DNA of 64,000 bases from NCBI GenBank assembly GCA_964005815.1, contig CAXFSR010000036.1:28433-92432 (forward strand), in the 5' to 3' direction. This stretch comes from an uncultured Nitrospinaceae bacterium (GTDB taxonomy: Bacteria > UBA8248). Of the stretch, positions 21,138 to 33,458 are shown one piece after another. The notes beneath the pieces are model-generated. The model saw only the letters and a program-made list of their open reading frames with translations, did no database searches and was not told the DNA's origin. The translations under genes and the position numbers were made by a program. Within the stretch, counting starts at the first letter, position 1. Every line of letters begins with the position of its first letter.

Positions 21138-24035
21138 TCAACTTTCATCAAAGTTCTCAATTGGCAAACATGAGCAAATGAGATTTCTATCTCCATATGG
21201 ATTATTAACTCGTTTAACCGGAGGCCAATATTTATTCTCTTTCACCCACGGCAAGGGAAAAACTGCCTTCTCTCTTGTGTAAGGATAAATCCAATTTTCC
21301 GTAGAAATATCTCTGGAAGTATGAGGAGCATTTTTTAGTATATTCTCGAGTTTGTCGACTAAACCATTTTCAACTTCAGAAATTTCTTTTCGAATCTCTA
21401 TCATCGCTTCACAAAATCTATCTAGTTCTTCTTTTGATTCACTCTCGGTAGGTTCTATCATTAAAGTACCCGGAACAGGAAAAGACATTGTAGGAGCATG
21501 AAATCCAAAATCGATTAAACGTTTAGCAACATCCTCAACAGTCACTCCTGTATTTGTTTCAATTTCTCTTAAATCTATAATACATTCGTGAGCAACCATG
21601 CCTTTTAATCCCTTATAAAGGACGTCATAGTGACCTTCAAGTTTTTTCGAAATATAGTTAGCATTTAGAATGGCTATTTCAGAAGCTTTTTTAAGACCTA
21701 GACCACCCATCATTTGGATATAGGCCCAAGAAATCGGCAAAATCCCTGCACTACCCCAAGGAGCAGAAGACACGGTATATCCTCTATCTTTTAAAGAATG
21801 TCCATCTTGAGCAAAATGGCTTGGCAAAAAAGATGCAAGGTGTTCTGCAACTCCAATTGGACCCATTCCTGGACCCCCTCCACCATGAGGTATGCAGAAA
21901 GTTTTATGCAAATTCATATGCGAAACATCTGGTCCAAAATCACCAGGACGACATAAACCGACAAGTGCATTGAGATTTGCACCATCCATATATACCTGTC
22001 CACCATTTGAATGAACAACATCACATATATCTGAAATTTTTTCTTCGAAAACTCCATGAGTTGAAGGGTACGTAACCATCAAAGCCGCTAAATTAGACGA
22101 ATGTAACTGCGCTTTTGTTTTCAGATCGTTAAAATCTACATTACCATCATCATCACATTTCACTACTACAACTTCAAAACCCGCCATAACGGCACTTGCT
22201 GGATTTGTTCCGTGAGCAGAACTAGGTATTAGACATATGTTTCTATTAATTTCTCCACGTTGTTCATGATATTTTCTAATAACAAGTAAACCAGCATACT
22301 CTCCCTGAGCACCAGAGTTCGGCTGAAAAGAAATCTTTGAAAATCCAGTTATTTCACATAATTTTCTTTCAAAATCTTTCAGAAAAATGGCATATCCCTC
22401 ACACTGATCTGGTGGCACAAAAGGATGTATTCTGTTAAATCCCTCCCAAGTTATAGGAATCATTTCTGAAGTAGCATTTAATTTCATTGTACATGAACCA
22501 AGAGGAATCATGGATTTTGTAAGTGAAATATCTTTTTCCTGAAGCCGGAAAATATAACGAAGCATCTCAGTTTCTGAGTGATAGGAATTAAAAACCGGGT
22601 GAGTTAAATAAGGAGAATCTCTTAATAGTTCTTTTGGGATAAAATCATCCTCTATGTTATCGCATTCAAGTATTTCAAAATCAATCTTTCCTTTTTCACA
22701 GAAAACCCCTAATAGATCTTCCAACTCCTTGAGCTTCGTAGTTTCATCTAATGATATTCCTATCCTATCATCTGCAATAAAACGCAAGTTGAATCCTTGC
22801 TTTTCTGCTAGCTCGATGAGTAAGTTTGCTTTTTTTTCTCCAGTATTTATCTCGAGCGTATCAAAAAAACTATTATTTACTACCTGAAAATCCAACTTTT
22901 TAAGGCTATTGGAGAGGATAGCAGTAAATCGATGGATTCTTTCGGCAATTCTTCGGAGTCCTACAGGGCCATGATAAACAGCATACATACTTGCCACAAC
23001 AGCCAGAAGAACTTGAGCAGTACAAATATTACTTGTAGCCTTTTCTCTTCTAATATGTTGCTCTCTAGTTTGCAGAGAAAGTCTCAGTGCACTATCTTCA
23101 TTCGCGTCAATTGAAACTCCAACAATTCGCCCTGGAACAGATCTCTTATAGTGTTCACGAGTTGCAAAAAAAGCCGCATGAGGACCACCAAAACCCATTG
23201 GAACTCCAAATCGTTGAGAATTTCCAACTACAACATCAGCTCCAAACTCTCCAGGTGGTTTCAATAAAACCAAACTCATTAGATCAGAAGCGACTGCAAC
23301 TAGACAATCCTTATCATGTGCTTCTTTTACAAGTTCGGAAAAATCGAAAATACTACCAGTGGTATTAGGATATTGAATAAAAATACCGAAAGAATTGAAT
23401 TGACTGAAAGAATCAATACTTCCAACTTTAATTTCTATTCCTTGTGGCTCTGCTCTCGTTCTCAAAATATCAATTGTCTGAGGATGACATCCATCAGAAA
23501 CAAAAAATATTGGGCTTTCATTTTTAGATAAATTTCTAATCATGGTCATAGCCTCTGCTGCAGCGGTGCCTTCATCTAACAATGATGAATTTGCAATATC
23601 CATTCCTGTCAAATCAGAAATCAGAGTTTGGAAATTTAAAAGCGCTTCCAACCGACCCTGAGATATTTCAGGTTGATATGGCGTGTAAGCAGTATACCAG
23701 GCAGGATTTTCTAAAATATTTCTTAAAATTACAGATGGTGTGACACAGTCATGATAACCCATACCAATCATCGAACGATTGACTATATTTTTTTTTGCAA
23801 ACAAGCTTAAGTCACTAAGTACCTCTCCTTCAGGGCAACTTTCACCTATTTCAATAGGCATTTTAACAGATATATTATTGGGAACAGTATTTTCTATTAA
23901 CTCTTCAAGATCAGAGTAACCAAGGAATTCGAGCATATTCAGAATATCATTGCTGCTAGGACCTATATGCCTTCTTATAAACTCATCTCTTTGTTCTAGA
24001 AATTTTAAATCTTTAAATGAATTAGATAAATCCAA
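21138..24035 (-). CDS. gcvP: Glycine dehydrogenase (decarboxylating), single chain
   Basis: [30 protein letters not shown] (PLP lysine), EPTESE, NLICSC. Confidence 0.98.
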   Translation of the reverse strand: MDLSNSFKDLKFLEQRDEFIRRHIGPSSNDILNMLEFLGYSDLEELIENTVPNNISVKMPIEIGESCPEGEVLSDLSLFAKKNIVNRSMIGMGYHDCVTPSVILRNILENPAWYTAYTPYQPEISQGRLEALLNFQTLISDLTGMDIANSSLLDEGTAAAEAMTMIRNLSKNESPIFFVSDGCHPQTIDILRTRAEPQGIEIKVGSIDSFSQFNSFGIFIQYPNTTGSIFDFSELVKEAHDKDCLVAVASDLMSLVLLKPPGEFGADVVVGNSQRFGVPMGFGGPHAAFFATREHYKRSVPGRIVGVSIDANEDSALRLSLQTREQHIRREKATSNICTAQVLLAVVASMYAVYHGPVGLRRIAERIHRFTAILSNSLKKLDFQVVNNSFFDTLEINTGEKKANLLIELAEKQGFNLRFIADDRIGISLDETTKLKELEDLLGVFCEKGKIDFEILECDNIEDDFIPKELLRDSPYLTHPVFNSYHSETEMLRYIFRLQEKDISLTKSMIPLGSCTMKLNATSEMIPITWEGFNRIHPFVPPDQCEGYAIFLKDFERKLCEITGFSKISFQPNSGAQGEYAGLLVIRKYHEQRGEINRNICLIPSSAHGTNPASAVMAGFEVVVVKCDDDGNVDFNDLKTKAQLHSSNLAALMVTYPSTHGVFEEKISDICDVVHSNGGQVYMDGANLNALVGLCRPGDFGPDVSHMNLHKTFCIPHGGGGPGMGPIGVAEHLASFLPSHFAQDGHSLKDRGYTVSSAPWGSAGILPISWAYIQMMGGLGLKKASEIAILNANYISKKLEGHYDVLYKGLKGMVAHECIIDLREIETNTGVTVEDVAKRLIDFGFHAPTMSFPVPGTLMIEPTESESKEELDRFCEAMIEIRKEISEVENGLVDKLENILKNAPHTSRDISTENWIYPYTREKAVFPLPWVKENKYWPPVKRVNNPYGDRNLICSCLPIENFDES

Positions 24036-24067
24036 ATGTTTTACCTCTTTTAAAGCTACACCAAATT

Positions 24068-24457
24068 CTATTTTCCCTCTGCACCAACATAAGAAGCATA
24101 TTCCTCTCCAGTTAGCAAAGCATCTAATTCAGTAGAATCTGACATCTCTACCTTGATTATCCAAGCTTCGTTATAGGGATCAGAATTAATCAATTCTGGT
24201 TCTTCTTCCAATCTTGAATTAACTTCAATAACTTTACCGGAAACTGGAGCATAGAGATCTGAAACTGCTTTTACTGATTCAACAACACCAAACGTACCAC
24301 TCGCATCTACGGAAGATCCAATTTCTGGAGCTTCCACGTAAACTACATCGCCAAGTTCATCTTGCGCATGAGCTGTTATGCCTATAATTGCAATATCTCC
24401 ATCCACTTTCACCCATTCATGCTCTTTCGAATACTTTAAATCTTCAGGAAATTCCAT
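24068..24457 (-). CDS. gcvH: Glycine cleavage system H protein
   Basis: [21 protein letters not shown] lipoyl lysine, PELINSDPY. Confidence 0.97.
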   Translation of the reverse strand: MEFPEDLKYSKEHEWVKVDGDIAIIGITAHAQDELGDVVYVEAPEIGSSVDASGTFGVVESVKAVSDLYAPVSGKVIEVNSRLEEEPELINSDPYNEAWIIKVEMSDSTELDALLTGEEYASYVGAEGK

Positions 24458-24484
24458 AAAGTTTTGCTCCTTACAAAAAAAAAA

Positions 24485-25594
24485 TTAACCTTTATTATAG
24501 AAGGGAGTTCTTACTACATTTCCTCTCCTATAACTTCCACGTATATCAATTTCTAATTCATCACCTACCAAAGAATTGCCTTTTAAAACATACCCTATTC
24601 CTATAGCTTTATTCAATGAAGGACTCATAGTTCCACTCGTTACAAATCCAATTTCTTCTCCATTATGAAAAATTTTATTTCCTTTCCTCGGAATCCCTCT
24701 ATCAATCATCTCAAAACCTACCAATTTTCTGCAAACTCCTTCAGAATGAATTTTTAATAACTTTTCATACCCAACAAAATCAGGATTGTTTAATTTCACA
24801 ACCCAGCCCAAACCTGCTTCGTAAGGATTTGTAGATTCATCAATTTCGTTCCCATATAACGAATACTTCATCTCTGTTCGCAAAGTATCTCTCGCCCCTA
24901 ATCCGCACGGAGCAATTCCAAATTGCTTGCCATTTTCCAAGAGAAGATCCCAAACTAGATGTACTGCATTTTCCCCACAATATATTTCGTAACCATCTTC
25001 TCCAGTATATCCTGTCCTAGAAATCAAAACAGATTTTTTATCTATTTCACATTCCATCAATTCGAAAGATTTTAAATTCTGAAGGCTCACATTATTGGGA
25101 AAAAGTTTTTCTAAAACATTTTTTGATCTTGGCCCTTGTAAAGCAATTAAGCACGTTTCTCCGCTAAAATTTCTAATTTCACAATCAAATTGATTTTTTG
25201 ATGTGACCCATTCAAAATCCTTCTCAATATTAGAAGCATTCACAACAAGCATATATTTGGAATCAGAAATTTTATATGCCAAAGCATCATCTAAAATTCC
25301 ACCATCATCTTTACAGATGAGTGTATACAAAACTCTCCCTGTGGGCAGTTGTTCTATGTCATTTGTTACTAAAAAGTCTAACATCTTAGTGGCTTCGGGA
25401 CCTTCAAAAAAAAATTCCCCCATATGACTAACATCAAAAATCCCAACATTTTTCCTAACCGAGAGATGTTCAGAATTGATCCCTTGATATTGAACTGGCA
25501 TTTTAAAACCCGAAAAGGGAACGAGTCTCGCACCAAGTTCAACATGTTTATCATATAAATGTGTTTTTTTTGGAGAAATTCGTTTTTCAGTCAA
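24485..25594 (-). CDS. gcvT: Glycine cleavage system aminomethyltransferase
   Basis: FDVSHMG, SRTGYTGEDGYE, GLGARDTLR, GFVTSG. Confidence 0.97.
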   Translation of the reverse strand: MTEKRISPKKTHLYDKHVELGARLVPFSGFKMPVQYQGINSEHLSVRKNVGIFDVSHMGEFFFEGPEATKMLDFLVTNDIEQLPTGRVLYTLICKDDGGILDDALAYKISDSKYMLVVNASNIEKDFEWVTSKNQFDCEIRNFSGETCLIALQGPRSKNVLEKLFPNNVSLQNLKSFELMECEIDKKSVLISRTGYTGEDGYEIYCGENAVHLVWDLLLENGKQFGIAPCGLGARDTLRTEMKYSLYGNEIDESTNPYEAGLGWVVKLNNPDFVGYEKLLKIHSEGVCRKLVGFEMIDRGIPRKGNKIFHNGEEIGFVTSGTMSPSLNKAIGIGYVLKGNSLVGDELEIDIRGSYRRGNVVRTPFYNKG

Positions 25595-25650
25595 GGAAAT
25601 AACTCTTAAGAGTAATTATATAAAAAAGCACAATATCTTATAGACACAAT

Positions 25651-26805
25651 TCAACTAATCGAACGTATTCCTGTTTCAAATCCAGCAATAATAAGTTTTT
25701 GAATCTGACTGGTTCCTTCGTATATAGTCGCAATTCTAGCATCTCGCATATACCTTTCAACAGGATATTCATTACTGTATCCCATTCCACCATGAATTTG
25801 AATTGCATTATTGGCTGCTTTTAACGCCGATTCCGAACAATAAAATTTAGCTATTGAAGTTTCGCGTGTATTTTTTTTTCCTGCATTTTTTATTTCACCG
25901 GCTTTATAGAGAAGTAGACGACTAGCTTCCACATCAACAACCATTTGTGCAATTAAATCTTGCACCAACTGACGCGCTGCTATTGGTTTTCCAAAAGTAT
26001 GTCGTTCTTTTGAAAATAACACTGAAGACTCAAGAGATGCCTGTGCAATACCTAAACAACCGGCAGCAACTGAGTATCTCCCATTATCTAGAGCGCTCAT
26101 AGCAACTTTAAATCCATCACCGACTTCACCTAAAATTGCATCCTCTGGAATTTCAACATTTTCCATAAAAATTTCTGCTGTATTAGAACTTCTTAGGCCT
26201 AATTTTCCATGAATATCCTTCGTTGAGAAACCATCAGTTTGTGTTTCAACTAGAAAAGCAGTCATTCTTCGAGGATTATCTTTTTCTGTTTGTGCTATAA
26301 CTAAAGCAATATCTGCAACACCACCGTTACTAATCCAAATTTTATTCCCATTCAAAATCCACCCATTCTGTGTTTTTCTTGCAAAAGTCTTAATTTGTTG
26401 CGCATCAGAACCTGCGTCTGGTTCGGTCAAAGCAAAACAACCAAAATTTTCAACAGAACATAATTTAGGCAAATAAAGACTTTTCTGTTTTTCAGAACCC
26501 CATTTAAGAATCGTCGATGCTACTAAAGAAATCTGAACAGAAAGAACTGTTCTTACCGAACTACAAGCTTTACTAATTTCTTCATTAATAATTGCATAGG
26601 ATATATAATCTAGATCTGCTCCCCCATACTTTGAAGGTATTGGTCCTCCGAACAATCCTAATTGACCCATCTCTTTAACGATTTCCAGTGGGAAACGCTC
26701 GTGAATATCATTCTCTCTAGCTACATGGTTAGGTATTTTTTCAGATGCAAATTGAGAAGCGGTCTCTTTCAGTAATCTTTGCGTCTCGTTAAAACGAAAA
26801 TCCAT
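25651..26805 (-). CDS. Acyl-CoA dehydrogenase (short-chain/butyryl-CoA-like)
   Basis: FALTEPDAGSD, GNKIWISNGG, IHGGMGY, IYEGTSQIQ (catalytic Glu). Confidence 0.92.
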   Translation of the reverse strand: MDFRFNETQRLLKETASQFASEKIPNHVARENDIHERFPLEIVKEMGQLGLFGGPIPSKYGGADLDYISYAIINEEISKACSSVRTVLSVQISLVASTILKWGSEKQKSLYLPKLCSVENFGCFALTEPDAGSDAQQIKTFARKTQNGWILNGNKIWISNGGVADIALVIAQTEKDNPRRMTAFLVETQTDGFSTKDIHGKLGLRSSNTAEIFMENVEIPEDAILGEVGDGFKVAMSALDNGRYSVAAGCLGIAQASLESSVLFSKERHTFGKPIAARQLVQDLIAQMVVDVEASRLLLYKAGEIKNAGKKNTRETSIAKFYCSESALKAANNAIQIHGGMGYSNEYPVERYMRDARIATIYEGTSQIQKLIIAGFETGIRSIS

Positions 26806-26828
26806 TTACTCCTCTCTAATTCTTTAAA

Positions 26829-27689
26829 TCAACTTGAATTATAATTGAAAAATCCCTTGCCGGTCTTACGACCCAAATGACCTGCACGAACCATTTTTTT
26901 CAATAAAAAATTTGGCCTATATCTCGTTTCTCCTAATTCACGATACAAAGTTTCAGTTTTAGCAAGATGTATGTCTACCCCTATTAAATCAATAAGTTCA
27001 AGAGGTCCCATTGGAAGACCTGCTCCCATTTTCATAGCAATATCAATATCCTCTGCCGAAGCAAGGCCCTGTGAAAAAACTTCAACTGCCTCATTCAAAA
27101 GTCCTGCAAGAACTCTACTTCCTATCCCAGCAGGACTATCAAAATTCGCTACAATAGGTACTTTCTTTAATTCCTTAGCCAATTCTATAGTATCTTCTAT
27201 AGTCTTTTTTGATGTTTGCAAACCGGGCATAATTTCAACTAATTTCATAACAATAGGGGGATTAAAGAAATGAACACCTATTACCTTATCCGCTCTTCTA
27301 GTTGAAGAAGCAATTTCAGTTATAGACAGTGACGTGGTGTTACTAGCTAGAATTGCTGAAGGGGACGCTAAACTATCAATTTCACTGAAGATCTCCTTTT
27401 TTATTTTCATATCTTCAAAAATCGCTTCAATTATAAAGTCTGAATCCTTAACATCTGCTAAACTGACTGAAATTTGAATTTTTTCAAAGATCTTTTCAAC
27501 TTCAACTGCAGAAATCTTTCCTGCTTCAATTCGAGGCTCTAATCTTTTTCTTAGTCCTGTCAAAGCAGAAGCAAGAATTTTTTCTTCCGTATCGAACAGA
27601 GTGACAAAGATTGAGTTCTGAGCAAAAACTTGTGCGATACCAGCACCCATTGTCCCTGCTCCTATAACGGAAACTTTCTTAGGAGTCAT
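26829..27689 (-). CDS. hbd: 3-hydroxyacyl-CoA dehydrogenase (3-hydroxybutyryl-CoA-like)
   Basis: GAGTMGAGIA, ASNTTSL, HFFNP..MKLVE, PMGPLEL, GRKTGKGF. Confidence 0.88.
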   Translation of the reverse strand: MTPKKVSVIGAGTMGAGIAQVFAQNSIFVTLFDTEEKILASALTGLRKRLEPRIEAGKISAVEVEKIFEKIQISVSLADVKDSDFIIEAIFEDMKIKKEIFSEIDSLASPSAILASNTTSLSITEIASSTRRADKVIGVHFFNPPIVMKLVEIMPGLQTSKKTIEDTIELAKELKKVPIVANFDSPAGIGSRVLAGLLNEAVEVFSQGLASAEDIDIAMKMGAGLPMGPLELIDLIGVDIHLAKTETLYRELGETRYRPNFLLKKMVRAGHLGRKTGKGFFNYNSS

Positions 27690-27715
27690 ATGAATACCTC
27701 TTATATTCTTTATAA

Positions 27716-28906
27716 TTATCCAATACGTTTAATAACCAAAGCTATACCTTGACCACCACCAATACAAGCACTTACTACCGCATGCTCTTTACCTATATTC
27801 TCCAATGCGTTCATACAGGTTGACAAAATCTTTCCGCCCGTCGCACCAACAGGATGTCCTAAAGCAATTGCACCACCACGAACATTTAATTTTGAACGAT
27901 CCCATTTTAATTCTCTTTCACATGCTATCACCTGTGCAGCAAAAGCTTCATTTACTTCTATCAAATCCATATCATCTAACTTAAGATTCGCTTTCTTTAG
28001 TGCCATTGGGATCGCTTTTACAGGACCCAGACCCATCAGTTTAGGATCTACTCCCGCAGATGCATACCCTAAAATTGAAGCCAAAGGCTTAAGTCCTAAT
28101 TCTTTTGCTCTTTCTCTAGATGAGACGGCTGTAGCTGAACCAGCATCTCCCTGACAACAAGAATTTCCTGCAGTCACTGAACCTTCTTTTTCAAAAACAG
28201 GACGAAGTCTACCTAGCTTTTCTAAAGAAATATCATAGCGAGGAGTTTCATCTTTACAAAAACTTTTCACTTCTCCTTTTCTATTTTTTAACTCAACAGG
28301 AATAATCTCATCCTCAAAAAGCCCTGATTCAATTGCATTTGTTGCTTTTTTTTGACTTTCTAGAGCAAATTCATCTTGTTCTTCTCGAGAAATATTATAC
28401 TTCTCTACTAAATTTTCAGCAGTACAACCCATCAACTGACCGGACAAAGGATCCATATAACCATCCTGATAAATAAGATCTATAAATTTCGCATGACCAA
28501 TTTTTGCCCCCCATCTTGTATCTTTCTGGACATAAGGGACATTACTTGTACTTTCTACCCCTCCAGCTAAAACAATATTAGAATCTCCGGCGCGAATCGA
28601 TTGAGCTGCAAGAGCAATAGTTTTAAGGCTCGAACCACAACGCTTATTTACAGTAAACGCTGGAACATTCTCAGATATGCCACTCTGCACAGAAATCAAA
28701 CGTGCAGAATTAGGACCTACACCTGCCTGCCAACCATGACCAAAAATTACTTCATCAAAATTCTCTGGTTGAACATTCGATCTTTTTATTGCTTCTTGGG
28801 CAACTAAAATACCTAACTCTGGAGCAGTTTTGTCTTTCAAAGAACCACCAAAAGAACCAACTGCAGTTCTTACACTACTCAAAATAACTATTTCTTCCGT
28901 CGACAT
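27716..28906 (-). CDS. Thiolase (acetyl-CoA C-acyltransferase)
   Basis: NKRCGS (nucleophile), NEAF, GHPVGATG, CIGGGQG. Confidence 0.94.
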   Translation of the reverse strand: MSTEEIVILSSVRTAVGSFGGSLKDKTAPELGILVAQEAIKRSNVQPENFDEVIFGHGWQAGVGPNSARLISVQSGISENVPAFTVNKRCGSSLKTIALAAQSIRAGDSNIVLAGGVESTSNVPYVQKDTRWGAKIGHAKFIDLIYQDGYMDPLSGQLMGCTAENLVEKYNISREEQDEFALESQKKATNAIESGLFEDEIIPVELKNRKGEVKSFCKDETPRYDISLEKLGRLRPVFEKEGSVTAGNSCCQGDAGSATAVSSRERAKELGLKPLASILGYASAGVDPKLMGLGPVKAIPMALKKANLKLDDMDLIEVNEAFAAQVIACERELKWDRSKLNVRGGAIALGHPVGATGGKILSTCMNALENIGKEHAVVSACIGGGQGIALVIKRIG

Positions 28907-29044
28907 TAAGTGACCTCCCTAGCGAACAAATTACTTGTAAATTATTTTGTACCTGCAAGTCACTTGGACTTTATAACGAGAACAACTATGAGGTAAATAC
29001 GGACTGGAAAAGTATTTCAACAAAAAGATTTATAGTAATTTAAT

Positions 29045-30010
29045 CTATTGAAAAGAAATTCCAAGAAATTCTAAGGTATTTTTAAAATCAATCGGCAATT
29101 CAGAAACAACATCAATTTCTTCAGATGTAATTGGATGTCTAAATTTCAAACTTCTAGCGTGCAAAGCCTGTCTTGAGAGATTTTTTTCAAGGTATTTATT
29201 AATATCCTTATTGGAAAATCTCGAATTATCACGGTTAACATAAACTGCGTCACAAACTATAGAATGCTTAATATGATGCAAATGAACTCGTATTTGATGT
29301 GTCCGACCCGTCATAATATTAACGCTTAAAAGTGAAAAATTATTTGCATTTGCTAAAACTTGGAAGGATGTAAAAGCATTTTTGCCTCCATTTACAACTG
29401 CCATTTTAGTTCTATGTCTTGGATGCCTTCCTATAGGAAGACTTATTTTATTGGATAATTTTTTTGGAACCCCGTGTACAAGCGCTAAATATTTTTTCTC
29501 AATCTTTCGATTCTTAAGAGCTGAACTAAGTTTTGTATGTGCCAAATCGGATTTGGCTACTATAACTAGTCCTGAAGTATCTTTGTCTAAGCGATGAACG
29601 ATACCGGGTCGCTCCACTCCCCCAATACCTGACAATTCTCCCCTACAATAATATAAAAGAGCAGAGACTAAAGTTCCCTTGGTATTCCCTGCGCCAGGAT
29701 GGATGACCATTCCTGGCGGTTTATCAACTACCAACAAATGTTCATCTTCAAAAATAACTTTTAATTTAATTTTTTCAGGCAAAATAAATGATTTTTCTGG
29801 TGGAGGAATAACCACCTGTATTTGATCACCCGCGCAAACCTTAGTAGAAGGCTTAATACTTTTTTTATCATTTATAGATACACAATTATCTCTTATAAGT
29901 TGGTTTAAACGAGAACGAGACAATTCAGCAATATTCTTCTTTAAAAAAACGTCTACTCTGTCAATCTCATCGGTACTTAATAATTTAATAATTTTCGAAT
30001 TTTTTGACAT
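29045..30010 (-). CDS. rluD: RluA-family 23S rRNA pseudouridine synthase (RluD-like, S4 domain)
   Basis: VDKPPGMVIHP, RPGIVHRLDKDTSG, GRTHQIRVH, RQALHA. Start placed at ATG 30010 (ORF track uses 30046). Confidence 0.88.
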   Translation of the reverse strand: MSKNSKIIKLLSTDEIDRVDVFLKKNIAELSRSRLNQLIRDNCVSINDKKSIKPSTKVCAGDQIQVVIPPPEKSFILPEKIKLKVIFEDEHLLVVDKPPGMVIHPGAGNTKGTLVSALLYYCRGELSGIGGVERPGIVHRLDKDTSGLVIVAKSDLAHTKLSSALKNRKIEKKYLALVHGVPKKLSNKISLPIGRHPRHRTKMAVVNGGKNAFTSFQVLANANNFSLLSVNIMTGRTHQIRVHLHHIKHSIVCDAVYVNRDNSRFSNKDINKYLEKNLSRQALHARSLKFRHPITSEEIDVVSELPIDFKNTLEFLGISFQ

Positions 30011-30064
30011 TTGGACACTAAATTTTAAAGATATATAAAAAAACAAACCTTTTAGTCTTAGTTT

Positions 30065-30565
30065 TTAATTAATAGTTTTTTTTGAAAACGAAGTCTTCAA
30101 AATAATAAATAAAAGTATACCCACTCCAATACTTATTCCAGAATCTGCAATATTAAAAGCGGGCCAATAAAATGAACCATAGTAAATTAAAATGAAATCA
30201 ATTACTTCCCCATAGAGAAAACGATCTACTAAATTACCGATACCACCACCAAAAATAAAAATGAGTGCAAAACGTGCAAACGAACTATTCGAAAACTCAT
30301 AGAGATATAAATAAACAACAAAGAATAAAGCAAAAATAGTGACTGAAATAAACAACCATTTTGAAATAGCAGGAGGAAGATCTGCTAAAAAGCTAAAAGC
30401 ACCACCTGGATTTCGAACATAAATAAAATCAAAAAACCCGGGAAAAATATTTACCCTAGATCCTAAACTTAAATTTGATAGAACAATAACTTTAGAAAGT
30501 TGATCTAAAAATGCAAAAAGAATTCCAAACAGAAATAAATCGCGTGAATTTAAAAAAATTTTCAT
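30065..30565 (-). CDS. lspA: Signal peptidase II
   Basis: DQLSK, NPGGAFS, GNLVDR, VIDFI, FNIAD. Confidence 0.96.
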   Translation of the reverse strand: MKIFLNSRDLFLFGILFAFLDQLSKVIVLSNLSLGSRVNIFPGFFDFIYVRNPGGAFSFLADLPPAISKWLFISVTIFALFFVVYLYLYEFSNSSFARFALIFIFGGGIGNLVDRFLYGEVIDFILIYYGSFYWPAFNIADSGISIGVGILLFIILKTSFSKKTIN

Positions 30566-33423
30566 GGGTTATATGTTGATACTATCCGTGCACACCGTGC
30601 TGAAAGATCTGGATAATTTGGGTCAGAACCAACATCTTCAGAAATTTTCCAGGACATTTCACATTTTTTTCCCTTTGCTAAATCGATTTGTATCGCAAGT
30701 CCTTGAATTTCTTCACTTTGAAAAATTTCATCAGGAATCTGAGAATTGGAAGACGCCAATTTTGCACTAGAAACAATAAAGATATCTTCCATTTTATCTA
30801 CAAGAGGTAATAATTCTTCTCTTAACTCTTCTGGTGCATAGATTAATACAGAAAAATTCAAAGAACTTCCTTTTCCTTTTTCTTGGATTTTACGAGTTTC
30901 TTCAATTGCTTTAAGAACCTCAGGTCTAATTTCTAAAAGCCGTTTCCATTTAGATTCAAGTTGAGGATCTCTTCTTTCAGGATCTGTCTCAGGGAAAACA
31001 GAAAAATGTATACTGTCTCCATATCTTTTATCTGTATACCTATAAACTTCTTCTGAAGTAAAAGAAAGTATAGGAGCCATGAGCCTTAAGAGAGTATCTA
31101 GAACATCGTCCATGGTAACGAGAGCAGATAAGCGCTCGGGATCATCCGGCAAAGAAATGTAGAGTCTATCTTTTAAAACATCCATATAGAAAGCCGACAA
31201 ATCAACCGCACAGAAATTATTTAAAGCATGATAAACAGTATGGAATTCATAATCATCATAGGCTTTTTTGACTTTTTCAATTAATCTATCCAATCTACTT
31301 AAAATTAATCTGTCTATTTCATTTCTCTGGCCAATTGGAAATTCCGAAGAATCATATTTAAATCCTTCATAATCATGCAAATTTCCTAATAAAAACCTAC
31401 AAGTATTCCTTATCCTTCTGTATGCTTCTGATAGTCTTTCAAGTATTTGATTAGACAGTCGAATATCTTCTCGATAATTTTCTCCAGCAACCCATAATCT
31501 TAAGATTTCAGCACCATATTGTTTGATAATTTTTTCTGGAGCAACAGTATTTCCCAAACTCTTACTCATCTTTTTCCCATTCCCATCTACTACATATCCA
31601 TGAGTTAGTACTTCGCGATAAGGAGCTGATCCACGAACACCAACTGCAGCCAAAAGGGAACTATGGAACCAACCCCTATGTTGATCGCTACCTTCAAGGT
31701 ACATATTCGCAGGCCAGGTCAATTCTTTATTTTTTTCAAGGACTGCTGCTTGACTGACTCCAGAATCGAACCAAACATCAAGAATATCAGTCTCTTTCTT
31801 GAAATTGTCAGACCCACATGAAGGGCAAACGAAACCGTGTGGTAAAAGTTCAGAACAATCTTTTTCAAACCAGACATCTGCTCCCTGAGACTCCATTAAA
31901 TCTGCGACATGTATTGCAACACTGCCATCAACAATAATTTCTGAGCATTTCTCACAATGAAAAGCTACTATCGGAACACCCCATGACCTCTGACGCGATA
32001 TGCACCAATCAGGTCTGTTTTCAATCATCTGATAAATACGTTCTTCGCCCCAGTTTGGCACCCACTCTACTTTCCGTATCTCATCTAAAGCTTTTTTTCT
32101 TAAATCCGATTTTTCCATAGAAATAAACCACTGGGGTGTAGCTCTAAATATAGTAGGTCTATGACTTCTCCAATCATGAGGATAAGGATGAGGATATTTT
32201 TCTGTAGCAAAAAGCATCTCTTTTTCTTTTAGAAATTCAATAATTTCCTGATCGGCATCAAAAACAAATTGTCCAGCAAAGTGTTCAATTTCTTGAGTAA
32301 ACCTACCGCCATCATCTACAGGACTATAAATTTCCAATCCATACTTTAATCCAGTTTCATAATCTTCCCTACCATGACCAGGAGCCGTATGTACTACACC
32401 AGTACCTTGCTCAAGAGTTACGTAATCAGCATGTACCACTTTCGAATCTCTTTTTATCCAAGGATGACTGACTAAGAGATTCTCCAAGACTTTTGAATCA
32501 AAATCTTCTATCTTTTTTAATTTTCCTTCACCTGCGATTTCACCTTCAGTTAATACTTTTTCTAAATGAGGAGTAAAATATTCATGAAAGATAAGTATTT
32601 CCTCTCCATAAGAAAAAATGGAATACTTTAAACTTGGATGAAATGCTAAAGCCAAATTTGCTGGCAATGTCCATGGAGTTGTAGTCCAAATAAGAACACT
32701 TACTTTCTTTTTTGAATCAAGTTTTGAAAAAAAAGGAATTCGTTCACTCCAACTTAACATCTGTTCTTTGTTTAAAGGAAATTTAACATATATACTTGTT
32801 GTTGTTATCTCCTCATATTCAACTTCAGCTTCTGCAAGAGCCGTTCGTAATCCAGGTGCCCAATGTACAGGTTTTAACCCTAAATAAACGTTTCCTGCAT
32901 CCATAAAACGCCCAAGTTCTCGAACTGTTGCAGCTTCATAATCAAAACTCATGGTTAGATAAGGATTTTGCCAATCACCAAAAACACCAAGGCGCATAAA
33001 TTCTTCTCTTTGTATATCAATAAATTTTTCTGCATACTTTCTACATAGCGCACGTTTTTCTATTGGAGAAATTTCAAACCGTTTTTTCCCCAATTCTTTA
33101 TCTACTTGATGCTCAATAGGCAAACCATGACAATCCCAACCAGGAACATATGCAGCATCAAACCCAGACATTTGTTTTGACTTGACAATTATGTCTTTTA
33201 AGATTTTATTCAAGACAGTACCCATATGGATATTGCCATTTGCATAAGGAGGGCCATCGTGGAGAATGTATTTTTCTCTACCCTTTGATTGTTTTCTTAT
33301 TTCTCCATAAATATCTTTATCATGCCATTCAGAAAGCATTTCCGGCTCTTTAACAGAAAGGTTCGCTTTCATCGGGAATGAGGTTTTAGGTAAATTTAAA
33401 TAATTCTTATAATCTTCGACCAA
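30562..33423 (-). CDS. ileS: Isoleucine-tRNA ligase (type 1)
   Basis: [48 protein letters not shown]. Confidence 0.98.
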   Translation of the reverse strand: MVEDYKNYLNLPKTSFPMKANLSVKEPEMLSEWHDKDIYGEIRKQSKGREKYILHDGPPYANGNIHMGTVLNKILKDIIVKSKQMSGFDAAYVPGWDCHGLPIEHQVDKELGKKRFEISPIEKRALCRKYAEKFIDIQREEFMRLGVFGDWQNPYLTMSFDYEAATVRELGRFMDAGNVYLGLKPVHWAPGLRTALAEAEVEYEEITTTSIYVKFPLNKEQMLSWSERIPFFSKLDSKKKVSVLIWTTTPWTLPANLALAFHPSLKYSIFSYGEEILIFHEYFTPHLEKVLTEGEIAGEGKLKKIEDFDSKVLENLLVSHPWIKRDSKVVHADYVTLEQGTGVVHTAPGHGREDYETGLKYGLEIYSPVDDGGRFTQEIEHFAGQFVFDADQEIIEFLKEKEMLFATEKYPHPYPHDWRSHRPTIFRATPQWFISMEKSDLRKKALDEIRKVEWVPNWGEERIYQMIENRPDWCISRQRSWGVPIVAFHCEKCSEIIVDGSVAIHVADLMESQGADVWFEKDCSELLPHGFVCPSCGSDNFKKETDILDVWFDSGVSQAAVLEKNKELTWPANMYLEGSDQHRGWFHSSLLAAVGVRGSAPYREVLTHGYVVDGNGKKMSKSLGNTVAPEKIIKQYGAEILRLWVAGENYREDIRLSNQILERLSEAYRRIRNTCRFLLGNLHDYEGFKYDSSEFPIGQRNEIDRLILSRLDRLIEKVKKAYDDYEFHTVYHALNNFCAVDLSAFYMDVLKDRLYISLPDDPERLSALVTMDDVLDTLLRLMAPILSFTSEEVYRYTDKRYGDSIHFSVFPETDPERRDPQLESKWKRLLEIRPEVLKAIEETRKIQEKGKGSSLNFSVLIYAPEELREELLPLVDKMEDIFIVSSAKLASSNSQIPDEIFQSEEIQGLAIQIDLAKGKKCEMSWKISEDVGSDPNYPDLSARCARIVSTYNP

Positions 33424-33458
33424 AACTTTCTCCTGTCAGGAAAAATTAATAAAAACCT

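Noticed and set aside
25595-25650. Glycine riboswitch upstream of gcvT
   Set aside because: The gap is about 56 nt with no aptamer motifs. None was seen in the 138-nt gap upstream of the thiolase either.
28956-28966. Short palindrome CAAGT-C-ACTTG upstream of the thiolase
   Set aside because: Only 5-bp arms and not seen repeated at other promoters; insufficient for an operator call.
33424-33458. T-box leaders for ileS or trpS
   Set aside because: The intergenic gaps are 24-35 nt and contain no T-box consensus.
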